Below, in pieces: positions 20,909 to 31,718 of a stretch of 50,694 nt of DNA; within the stretch, counting starts at the first letter, position 1; each line of letters begins with the position of its first letter. The notes beneath the pieces are model-generated. The model was not told where the DNA came from and did not search any database. It was given only the letters and a program-made list of their open reading frames with translations. The stretch is from Basidioascus undulatus (lineage: Eukaryota), in assembly GCA_000826855.1 (NCBI GenBank), contig JTLS01000016.1:1-50694 (forward strand), in the 5' to 3' direction. The translations under genes were made by a program, and so were the position numbers.

Positions 20909-23871
20909 ATGCCCTTCTGGCAAGATAGGCGGTACGCCTGCGCTTTGTTTGCTTGGCTGCCCAACCTTGTTCTGATGCATACCCACTCTCAGTGCGTACG
21001 CTGTTGCTGCCGTAGCGGCAATAGGAGGGGCGGCTTTTGGATATGTAAAGATCTTTATTGGGATACTCTGTGTACCTTGAGCCTTGGCACTGATCCTTTT
21101 CTCATTCGCATATAGGACACGTGAGTGTGGCTGATGCTCATAGAAGAGACTCATTGATATCGGGCTTCGACTTCAGCGGCATCGGTGGCGGCGTGATCGC
21201 CCTCAGCTCGTTCCAACACTCTTTCTACGGGACAAACCTGACCACTCCGAAGAAAGCTGAGCTCTCATCCAACATGTACGTCGCGGCACGGTCATATGTA
21301 AAGGAGACAAGCGGGTTACACGCTTTTAACACCCGACTTGCAGCGTTTCGATCCTTTTCGGAGGGGCGTTCTTCGGTTCCCTTTTCGTACCTGTAGCCGA
21401 TAGACTGGGTCGTAAATACTCCCTGGTGGTGAGTGATTCCTTGCTGATCGCATTAGGCCGTCTTTGCTGATAAGCCGGTGCCAACCGGCAGGTCGCAACC
21501 CTGCTCTTCCTATTCGGCGCATTCCTCCAGATCGGACAGACAAGCAATATCGACTATGTCTATGCGGGGAGGGCCGTGGCTGGTCTCGGGATTGGGATGA
21601 TCAGGTGAGTTCTCTGGTATCCCTTAGTTGGCGTACGGTGTTGAAAGAATTTGCATGCACACACAGCAACCTCTCGCCCATCTACATATCTGAGACTGCG
21701 CCCAAGCACATTCGGGGACGCCTTACCGGCCTTTTTCAGGTGCGTCGACCTCTGACGGTCTTGGGTGATTGGGGCGGCTGACGCGAGCCGGCTTTCAAGA
21801 TGTTGCTGGTCATCGGCGGTCGTGAGTCTCAGTTGCTCTCTCTTCTCCACTGCCTATACTGACAGTACGATTGTCGCCTTCCTTAACAGTTCTGGCCTAC
21901 TTTATCACGTACGGCTGCAGTGTCCACATGCCTACCACAAGCACCGTCCAATGGCGTCTGGTCGGTCAATCGTTCAATCCCGGACTGCCGCCTTCACCTC
22001 AGCTGAACCGCCCACCTACGCAGCCGCTCGGATTCCAAGCAGTTCCTGGCTTCTTCCTTCTCGTTGGGCTGTTCTTGATCCCCGAGTCTCCCGTAAGCGT
22101 CATCGCCGTTCCTCTCCCCTCCTTCGCTCATTCTTGGTCTCTGCGCAGCGATGGCTTGCCAGTGCGGGCCGCACTGAAGAGGCACGGGCCACCCTTGCGT
22201 ATATCCGTGCAAAAGACATTCACGACTCGGATGTCGTGGTTGAGTTTGCCGAGATCGAGGCTCAGGTAAGGATGCTAGTCGCGAGCACACCAGAATTGCA
22301 GCAACAACCGCTGACCCTCGAATGCAGCTCGCTGAAGAGAAGGCCGCTGGAGAAGGCTTGACGTGCGTCGTTTGCTCCCGCAGTCTCAGCACTGATTCCT
22401 CTACGAGATACTTACTTTCCCATGACCCAACCGATGGCATCTTGACTTTTCAGCCTGAGGGAGCTCTTGAAGCCTGCAAACCTCAAGCGGCTTGCGGCGG
22501 CCTATGCTGTGTCGATCGGACTTGTAAGTCTCTATTCCTCAATGATTCTTCTATACATGCTCTCAAAGTGTTACGCTACAGATCTTCTGTGGACACACCT
22601 CGTGAGATACCCGGAAGTTCGTAACTTTCGACTACGTGGCTGACGACCCCATTTTCAGGATCCTGTACTACGGTCCTACTATCGTAAGCGTCAAAGACCT
22701 TTATTGTACCCATGTCCCCAACTATTCATGCTAATATACCTTCCTACACAGTTCCAGACTGTGGGCTATGACAACCAAAACAGCGCATTGTTGGCTACCG
22801 GAATCTTCACAGGCAAGTCGACTCTCTTGTTATAACCGTTCCTGCCCGCTAATCAACTGCTCCCCACAGTCATCAAAGTTGTCTGTACCCCAATCTGCCT
22901 CTGGATCGGCATTGACCGATACGGTCGAAGGGCTGGGATGCTCTGGGGCTCAGCCGCGCAAGCAGCCGTCCTTTACATTCTCGGCGCGCTGTGCTACGTG
23001 AGGAACTGCCCTGCTTTCTAGCATGGGACGTGACCGCTGGACTGACTTTCAGTGCTTGCCTCTAGAAATGGCCTACTGGGGGCAAGAACCCCGACGGTCC
23101 TGGTCCTCAGAACCGGGCGATGGCCGCGATGTTGTATCTCTTCGTCATCGCGTATTCATTCAGCTGGGGTCCTATCGCTGTATGTATAACAGCCGCATTC
23201 TCTAACCTGCAAGATCAACACCGTTGACGACAATCCGTCCCGTTCCAGTGGATCTACGTTAGTACCGTCTTGACTGTCTATCGTGTCAGACTCCCTTCTC
23301 ACACAGCGCGTCGTTGAACAGATCAGCGAGATCTTCTCTGCTCGAACTCGCCAGATCGGTGTCGCCACTGCTATCGCACTCACTTGGCTTGCCAAGTAAG
23401 TCCTGCATTCGATGCTGTTGCATTCTTGTGCTCGTCCCATCCCCTCATTGTTGACCCATCTATTTGCGCAGCTACGCCATCTCCAAGTCCACCCCGCTCG
23501 CCTTGGTCGACATCAAGGCTGGATGGTGGATCGTCCTCGCGTCGTTCAACGCCGGTCTGTTTGCCCTCGTGTGGTTCTTGCCTGAGACCCGCGGAAAGAG
23601 CTTGGAGGAGATGGACGTAAGTTTTCTCCGCTGTCTTTGCCCTTTTCAGTGCCTTCGTTTACACTGACGGATATACTTGCAGATCCTGTTCGGATCCGCC
23701 ACAGCGGAGGTCAGGGAGAACAACATCTCGGCCGCGCTCGAGCACAAGCACAAGGAGAAGGAGGAAATGAACCTCTCTAAGGTGAAATTCGAGTTCTTTG
23801 ACAGTTTTTGCCCGATCCAAAACTGCTCCACTCACAAAAAGGCTTTTTAGAGCTCGATGGCGGAGGTTTAG
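20909..23871 (+). CDS. MFS sugar-porter family transporter (quinate permease-like), about 20 introns
   Basis: GGAAFGYDTG, ADRLGRK, YISETAPKHIRGRL, PESPRWL, DRYGRR, FSWGPIAWIYISEIF, PETRGKSLEEMD. The 3' end is 23871 with a final intron, or 23850 without it. Confidence 0.9.
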
Positions 23872-24548
23872 CCTCTGATAGCCAAGGCCGATGCGACGTG
23901 TATAGGCTTCACAGCAGCTGAAAAGAGTCGAACTGCATGGACGCTTTTTCGACCACAGGCCAAGCGTTGTTTGCCCTTGGCCAGGCTGTGCTGTGCGGCT
24001 ATATCGGAAGGTCCTGCATAGGCGGCGCGCAAGCTGTAAGGTACTTATGATGGAAGAAAGCTGGTCCAGCAGCCAAAGCAGAGGACTCAACGATGGGCAA
24101 ATCAGGAGACCCTTCTGATATTGATGGTGAAATTGAGCTGCAGCATACTGGTATGTGTTACCGTACTCACTTACACAGTACACAGAAGCAAGCATGGGCT
24201 AAAGGATCGCAGTATGCAAGGCCGGAGACAAGTTGGTGCTGCGTGTGAGCCTGTCACGCTGGGCGGCCCAGTCTGACTGCGTTTGCTAGGTATTCACTGA
24301 CAGTCAGAGGTAAATACTGAGACGTCGGTTGCCTGCAGTCTCAAGACTGCAATACCTGAACTGAATGATCTGACTGTGAGCACTGCGAGCGCACTTTCAG
24401 TTCGCGAATCCAGCGAGTTTCTCGAATTGCATCATAGGAACTCCTGAGAGGCGACTGGCAGTGTTGTAGCTTGCTGTTCCTCCGCTTCGTCTCTCTCTTC
24501 CTCCTTTCAAGTTCTCGTATTTCTCTTTTTCTCCTGGAACGGTCAACC

Positions 24549-25862
24549 ATGGCGCCGCCACCAGCCGCCCCCTCCCCGTCGCGACCGATCTTGGCCGCGC
24601 CGCTGCCGTCGTCGCAAGCGCCGCACCCGCACCCGCCGACCCTTCCGCGCCGGCCTACCCTGCCAGGCCTCTCCAAAGTCGGTGCCGCGCTCCGGAAGCC
24701 TTCGCACTCATCATCCACCCCTCCCGCGCCCCCGTCCCCCAAGCCGTCCTCGTCCTACATCGGGCGCGGCACCCCCGCGCGCGCGGCGCCCAAGCAAGCC
24801 CTCCCGTCCCGCACGTCCAAGGTCACCCAGAAGCACGTGTTCCTCCCTGAGGAGCTCCAGACGCGGCCGATCCCTGAGTCGGCGCGTCCACTGGTGACGG
24901 TGGAGGAGGAGGGCCCGCCGAGGGACGAACGCCCGGGGAGGAGCGAGCCGGAGAGGATGAGCAAGGAGGAGAGGGAGGAGGCTGGCTACGCGCGTTTGAC
25001 TGCGTATGCGGTGGGGGAGAGCTACAGGATGAAGCTCCTTGCAGCTTTCTCGAAGCGCGAGCATGGCGCTTGGACGAGGCAGTTTGATGAGGCCATCTAT
25101 GTCGTGCGTCTTCTCTCCCCATCCTTGCTCATTCAGACCAGGGCTGAATCGCGATCGGCAACCAGGTCTACCACCTCCCCCTCCTCCCCGGCTACTCCGC
25201 CGCGACCTCCGTGCGCTCCTCCCCGCCTGTCAAGTCCCCCGGCGGCGGCTCGATCCTGGACGTGCTGGAGGAGTCGGAGGACCTGCCGTACCAGGGTTCT
25301 TACTTCGCGCCGCCCGCCTCTCCGCCCCGCGGCGGCGACGCGTCCGTCGTCGGCAGCCCACCGAGGATGGACCCGGACGGGTTCCTCCCCGGCAGTCCGA
25401 CTGAGAACGAGCGCCCGACGGTGGAGGACGAGCCGCCGCGCAAGCAGCCGAAGCCGACGCGGAGGAAGAAGGCGAGGCAGTGGAGCGCCAGCAGCGATCC
25501 CTCCGCGAGGATCGCAGAGGCGATCCACTTCGACTATGTACGCTTTCTAGTCCACTGGCTTCATGCGAGGGAGTTCCACGTACTGACTGTGAGGGTTGTG
25601 CAGGGCGTGTCCGTCTTTTTCAACTTCACCGCCAACCAGGAGGCCATGATCCTCTCGGACTTGCAGCGCGCCGGCGCCGTGGTCCGGCCTCTGGGTGATG
25701 ACGAGCGGGAGGTGGAGGAATGTCATTACGCGTACGACTCCTCCGCGCATGCGAGCAAGATCTTCAACGATTTCTTCAGTACGCCTGCTCTCAAACTAAC
25801 AACCCCAAATCTGTTTCTCACGCTTCACGTGTCGACCAGCCTTCAAGACCAATTCCCACCTC
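24549..25862 (+). CDS. DUF155 (Rmd1/Rmd8, Sif2/Sif3-like) protein, N-terminal half only
   Basis: Exons 24549-25103, 25166-25537, 25604-25778, 25840-~25862: RTSKVTQKHVFLPE...RLTAYAVGESY...FDEAIYVVY...IAEAIHFDYGVSVFFNFT...EVEECHYAYD...KIFNDFFTFKTNSHL. The expected KLSISHALAQS segment and the rest of DUF155 are absent. Confidence 0.85.
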
Positions 25863-25904
25863 CCTACGTCCTCCCAGACTGAACACCCCACGTGTCTCCC
25901 TCAG

Positions 25905-26858
25905 ATTCTCGCGGCTATAGCAGGTCACTACGGGGAGCAGCACATTCGCGCGCGGTTCTCCGACCTGGCCGTGAGCTTTGTGCGCATGGCGGCGCGGTAC
26001 GAGGAGGAGACGCTCGGGTCGACGTCGATCGGCCACCCGTCGCAGCCGTACCTCAACAACCAGCTCGGAAGCGGGACGGTCTTCGCGGACGATTCTACGC
26101 GCGCACGCGAGCTCGCGGCCAACGCGCACCGCGTAGAGGCCTGGCGTGCGACGAAGAGCTACAGAAATTTCAGGGCGGTGCGTGTTTCTCGATCGATTGA
26201 GCTCAGGAGGGCTGATTCTGAGCTTGGGTGCGTGGGGTGGGATAGGACTGGCAACATCACGCGGGGACGCGCGCGATATGCGATATCGACGTCCTCTACC
26301 AGATCCAGCGGTTGCGGACGGCAAAGAACATGCCCGAGCCGGAGGCGGCCCTCATCTTTCGCTCGCTTGCCGATCGCGTTGACACGTACCCGCAAGTCGC
26401 CGAGGTGCGCATCGTCGTCTCGGGCTATGGGTAATGCTTACCCAAGAAGACGCGATGCTGATGCCCACCGCCCTCGCAGCTCTTGTCTCAACTCCCGCCG
26501 CAGCAGGACGGTCTCGTGCCCCTCGGCTTTGGGCTCTTCCACCCGCGCGAGAGCGTACGAGAAGCGACGCTGGAGCTCTTTATCAAGCTCCAAGCGTATC
26601 CTGTGCGTTCCTCCTCCCTTACCCACCCTCTTCCCTTCGTTTCCCTCAATCCCACCGCACAAGCCGACCCCCGATCTGCCCCCGCAGCTCGGCATCGTCC
26701 AACTATCCACGCTCAACACCTTCCACCGCCTCGCCTTCGTGCGCCTCATGGACCAGCGCTTTGGTCCCGGCGTATGGTCCCAGCAGCACCAGGGCTCCGC
26801 GTCCGCCTCGGCTCCGGAACACGAGGACGACGGCCCGCCTGCTGGGTCGGCTCAATAG
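25905..26858 (+). CDS. Afi1/MesA-like polarity protein, C-terminal portion only (in frame with the upstream DUF155 half)
   Basis: Exons 25905-26177, 26246-26404, 26480-26602, 26688-26858: ILAAIAGHYGEQHIRARF...FVRMAARYEEETLG...RELAANAHRVEAWRATKSY...DVLYQIQRLR...GLVPLGFGLFHP...LNTFHRLAF, resembling the MesA/Afi1 C-terminus. Confidence 0.75.
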   Translation: MLAAIAGHYGEQHIRARFSDLAVSFVRMAARYEEETLGSTSIGHPSQPYLNNQLGSGTVFADDSTRARELAANAHRVEAWRATKSYRNFRAVRVSRSIELRRADSELGCVGWDRTGNITRGRARYAISTSSTRSSGCGRQRTCPSRRRPSSFARLPIALTRTRKSPRCASSSRAMGNAYPRRRDADAHRPRSSCLNSRRSRTVSCPSALGSSTRARAYEKRRWSSLSSSKRILCVPPPLPTLFPSFPSIPPHKPTPDLPPQLGIVQLSTLNTFHRLAFVRLMDQRFGPGVWSQQHQGSASASAPEHEDDGPPAGSAQ

Positions 26859-29441
26859 CCCGCGTGCGACTGGACGGGACGCGTTGCGTTCATACCCCGC
26901 CTTTTCTTCTTTCGTGTGCAACTGCTTTCGGTTTACTTTTGCACTTTGCCTTTTGCTTTTGCGAGGACGCGCTGTTGTTCACGCATCCATACTCTGCACT
27001 GTCTTGTCGCTTGGCCGGGATGCGGCTTCTGGTCAGTAGGACTGGAGAAAAGGGCGGCAATTCAGCAAATAATTCAAATATGATAGTACAGCGCCGGATC
27101 ACGACGTCGTTATGGCAAAGCGTGAGCCGACAGATGCCACTACAGGAGACACTCCAGACGCTGGAGGCTGCTTGAGTCTTCCGTGCTGGGGACCTGGCGT
27201 CCCTTGACAAGCCCCGTGTTCGTACTGGATGAGTTTGGCATGCCGCTCCTTCAAACACACTAATCTTTCTAACATACCCGTTCCACTGGAGTCCGCTGCT
27301 GCTGCCGAGCATGTGTCGCCACGGGCGAACGCCCGGGAAACCTAAGAGCAGACGAGGCTGAGTGTGCGAAGGGGCGACAGCGCGAAAAGAGACGCTGGGA
27401 GAGCGTGGGAAAGGGGCGCTAAGCTCTGAAACCACGCCTCGACACATGCTCGATGCCGAGCCTGGTGAGGTGCGGGCCCTTGCCGTAGTTGGACACGCAA
27501 TGAAAGACTGGACCCGGGACGCGAAAGGGAATTCATAAACGTAGTTCGTATTGTGTGAAATAATTTGCCTGTTCACTGCTGTTCAATTTGCCAGGGTCAA
27601 CGCAGCTGCAGCTGCGTCGTGGTACGGAGGCTTGAAAACGCTCGCAGACTGTGGGCACCTTCCATTCAGCCGTATTGCAATTCCATTACGATCTGACCTT
27701 TCTTCTTCTGCTTTTGGCCGATGAAGCGTTCAAAAGTTCAGAAAGAGACCTACTGGTTCCTCCTGATGCCTACGCAGGCGTTCTCAGGCTTCAAACAACC
27801 GAACAGACGCCCCACCGATATTGTAGCAGCCAGGCAGTACTGCTATGAGGCAGTGCTACCCGAACTGAGTCTGAAGTGTTTTCAGACTCAACACGTATTT
27901 GCACTAAACTGCTGGCAGAGCCAACCCTCGTCTTCGAATGTCGTCAGTCAAATTGCAGACCACGCAACTGCGCTGTACCCTTCCATCACGCACCCACGGA
28001 ATCACCCAGACTACTGATTATCACAGTAAGGAAAAGGCCTTCTTCTTTTCTTCAGCAGCATGGAGCTCGAAACTGTTGTAGAATCCCACGTTATTCTCGA
28101 TCTCAATGGGCGTCGGCGCATATCCTGGGGAACACTACTGATTGGAGGGAGAGAGGAACAAATACCGCTTTGTTTATCTTGGTTTGACCACGAACGTGGA
28201 GAAGCGATAGTACTGATTCCGTGAGCTGTAGCTCTCCTTCGTAGCCACGCTTTTGAGAGACATCGCGCCGCCCGTTCTGTCACAGATATGGGTTAAGCCC
28301 AGCTAAACGGGTTGTGCTTATTTTCCATAGATATAGATACAGGGTAAATCTTTGTATTTACAGAGCGTTAACGCCTGGACTGTCGACAGTACGCACTCAG
28401 CTGGGCTCGGTCTTGTCCAATGCTGAAAAACGGCCAGTTTCCAACGGGCCTTTCGAACTGCGTTGTTTCTCGATAATACCGCATGGAGCCGACCCCCTCT
28501 ACCCTGAATGACTCAAGAGATTTCTTTCTTCCCGACGGGGGGAAACCTTTGGGCGGCGCCGAGTCGAAGCCAGCCCTCATGCCAGCGCTGTCCAGCAGCA
28601 GTCGAGGGCGACACTAAACAGCCACGGACACTATACACGCACTCATACACCACTTTTTTTCTAGGCGTTAATGCATGCACTATTTTTCTGACACATGGTC
28701 TCGTAAGACAACCAACGATAGCAACATTGCTTGTTTAGAACAGACTCAGGCTTGGCTGGCTCTTGCGGTGAGACATTGAATCACAGCGAGGTGTAGCACA
28801 AGGTCAAAAGAGCCTCCTGGTTTCATTTTACACTCATCCACGCGAGGTATGTTTAGGTGGGCGTTCGCAGGAATTAAAACTGCAAGACACCTTCACAACG
28901 AAAAGTTCTGACGGACAGGCCCAACCTGGGTTTGGCAGAAACGCATTGTTTGTCAGGTTTTATTATTTTCAAGAAAAAAATGACAGGTATCTTCATAGTA
29001 GTAGGTTTGTTGCACTCGTTACGCTGTTCAAGACCAGAAGCACAACCGGTGTTGAAGCTTGAAGGCGAAAGGGGAAGGGTGTCAAGGGCAGCCATCACTC
29101 GGTTGGTTACGTGTCTACTCTTTGCAAGCCAAGTAACATTTCCAAAGCCTATGGAACAGCTCCACCATCTGGCAGAGCTCTGAGATGGACAAACGCTGAG
29201 GATCTGTTCTGGTTTATTACTTGGCGAGACTAGCGGAACTGCACTCACGTGATAAAAGATCTCGTTTCGGATCTTCAGAAATCCTTGTCGCCGGCCTAAG
29301 AGCGCGAGTCCAAGATTTGGCATCGACAGCACCCTTCCCTTCGCACTTTACAGCCAACCGTCTTCTTTCATCCTCCAGCGGTGAGCACGCATGCACATTA
29401 TCGTTGGGAATTAAGCGCTCAATTCCCTCCAACAGTCAGCA

Positions 29442-31490
29442 ATGTCGAGCTTGATCAGCTCGCTCGCCTGGGTCCGGCGCGGCGTCGCCAAGCAGCAGCC
29501 GGCGAAGTACAACCTCGACGACAAGGAGCTCTCGCGCGTCGCCGAGCTCGCGCGTATCGAGCTCGAGGACGCCAAGACCGAGCTTGCGCGCGCGGAAAAG
29601 GCCGCGCAGGAGATGGGCGAGAGGAACGGGGAGGACGAGGACGAGGGGATGGACGAAGGCGAGGAGGAGGGCGAGGGCGAGTGGGAAGAGTGAGTCTCGT
29701 TTCTTTTGCCTGTGTTGGAGGAGAACATCAGGGGTAGAGGGATCTGGAGAGGTCGCATAACTACATCTTACGGCTTGACCTGACCACTATTGGTCCCATT
29801 AGTGAACCGGATGCCGACAACATGGACGAGGACGCGCCAAAACCTCGGGACCCGAACGACCTTTCCGAGTACAACTTGGACGATTACGACAACGAGGAAT
29901 CTCAAGGCGCTGGTATGCACTATGTTTCCTTGCCGGCCGCGATGGCCGTCATTGACGCTGACCGGCACTGCTCACAGCAATGGGAGCGTTCAGCAACATC
30001 AAGGGCCTCACCTACTACCGCAATAACGAGGAGGACCCTTACATCACGCTGAAGGAGGTGCGTGGTTCCCGAGCTTCTGAGGATCTGGCGCCCCGTCTGA
30101 TGAAGCTCCGCACTTCCTTCAGGACGAGGAGGAGGAGAAGGAGGAGCTTGAGGTCCTGCCGACCGACAACATGATCGTCACCGCCAAGACCGAGGAGGAC
30201 GTTTCGCAGCTCGAGATATACGTCTACGACGACGCCCAGGAAAACCTCTACGTCCACCACGACATCATGCTCCCCGCCTTTCCCCTTTGCCTCGAATGGC
30301 TCGACTTCCCTCCCGCTTCCTCCTCCACCGACCCGACTGCCTCCGCCTCTGATCCCGCCTCTTCTTTCGGCAACTACATCGCCGTCGGCACGTTCGAACC
30401 CGAAATCGAGATCTGGTCGCTCGACGTGGTCGACGGCCTGTACCCGGATGCGCTCCTCGGTCGGCCCGACGAGTCCAAGCTCGCCGCGCTCAATTCCGTT
30501 CCCCTCGGAACGGGCAAGAAGAAGAAGAAGAAGCTGAAGCCGCGGACGGTCAACGCCGAGTACCACGTCGACGCGGTCCTCTCCCTCTCCTGGAACCGCG
30601 CGCACCGCAACCTCCTCGCGTCCGGCTCGGCCGACAAGACCGTCAAGCTGTGGGATCTCAACTTGCCGTCCACTAGCGGCGCGATCCGGAGCTTCGACGT
30701 CCACGGGGACAAGGTGCAGGCCGTTGAGTGGAACCCGGTGGACCCAACCGTACTCCTTACTGGCGGTTTCGACAAGACCGTCCGGACGTTCGACTCGCGA
30801 TCGCCCGCCCAGGGCGTCGGCGCCAAGGTCGCAGCGGACGTGGAAGTCTGCAAGTGGGATCCTTGGAATCCGCATAACTTCTATGTGCGCCTTTCCCTTT
30901 GCTGCGAGGATGCGGCTCGCTGACAGCTGGCTTTGGGTACAGGTCTCGACCGAGGACGGCCTTGTCCAGTACTTCGACGCTCGCAACCTCTCCACTCTCT
31001 CCGCCGGCAAGGCGCCGTCGAATCCGACTTCCGCCCTTTATATGCTCTCCGCCCATGACGGTGCCGTCTCGGCGCTCGATATCAGCCCACACGTGCGGGG
31101 CTGTGTCGCGACGGGCGGGACGGACAAGCTCGTCAAGATCTGGAACGTTGCGGAGGCCGAGGGCGGCAAGCGCGCGGTCAGCATGGTCACCAGCCGAGAT
31201 CTCAACGTGGTACGTATGGGGTCCCATGCTGCTCGGGGGACCAGTACTCATCAACGGCTGTCGAGTAGGGCAAGGTGTTCTCGGTCTCCTTCTCTCCCGA
31301 CGACCCTCTCGTCCTCGCAGCGGCCGGCTCAAAGGCCAAGCTGCAAGTCTGGGACGTCGGAACCAACCCGGGCGCACGCAAGGCGTTTGCTGGCCGGGTA
31401 GCGAGCGGCGCCCAGCTGCGCGAGCGGTCGGGCGAAGGTGTCATCGGGGTGGAGTCGGACGACGAGGGTCTTAGTGACGGGGACGATTAG
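29442..31490 (+). CDS. PWP1: Periodic tryptophan protein 1 (WD40, ribosome biogenesis)
   Basis: MSSLISSLAWVRRGVA, DLSEYNLDDYD, NLYVHHDIMLPAFPLCLEW, NYIAVGTFEPEIEIWSLDVVD, LLASGSADKTVKLWDL. Confidence 0.95.
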
Positions 31491-31718
31491 ATCCTTTCGG
31501 AGCGCAGCACATTCATTACTTTTAATATGCACGTTGGTCGGACTACCGCGGTTCTGCACCTCTTGGGCTACCGACTTTTCTGTCGCATTGACCGCATCTT
31601 GCTGCCAACGCATTTCCGCCAGCCGACTGCTTGCGCTGTTGCGACGTGCTCTCAACACCTCTCAGTCGTGCACAAAGATACGCTTCATTCATGGCCTATC
31701 TCTCGCTGCCGCACGACC

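Noticed and set aside
27590..27620. Palindrome as a Helitron 3' hairpin
   Set aside because: The nearby CTGG is not followed by T, and no 5' end or Rep/helicase remnant was seen.
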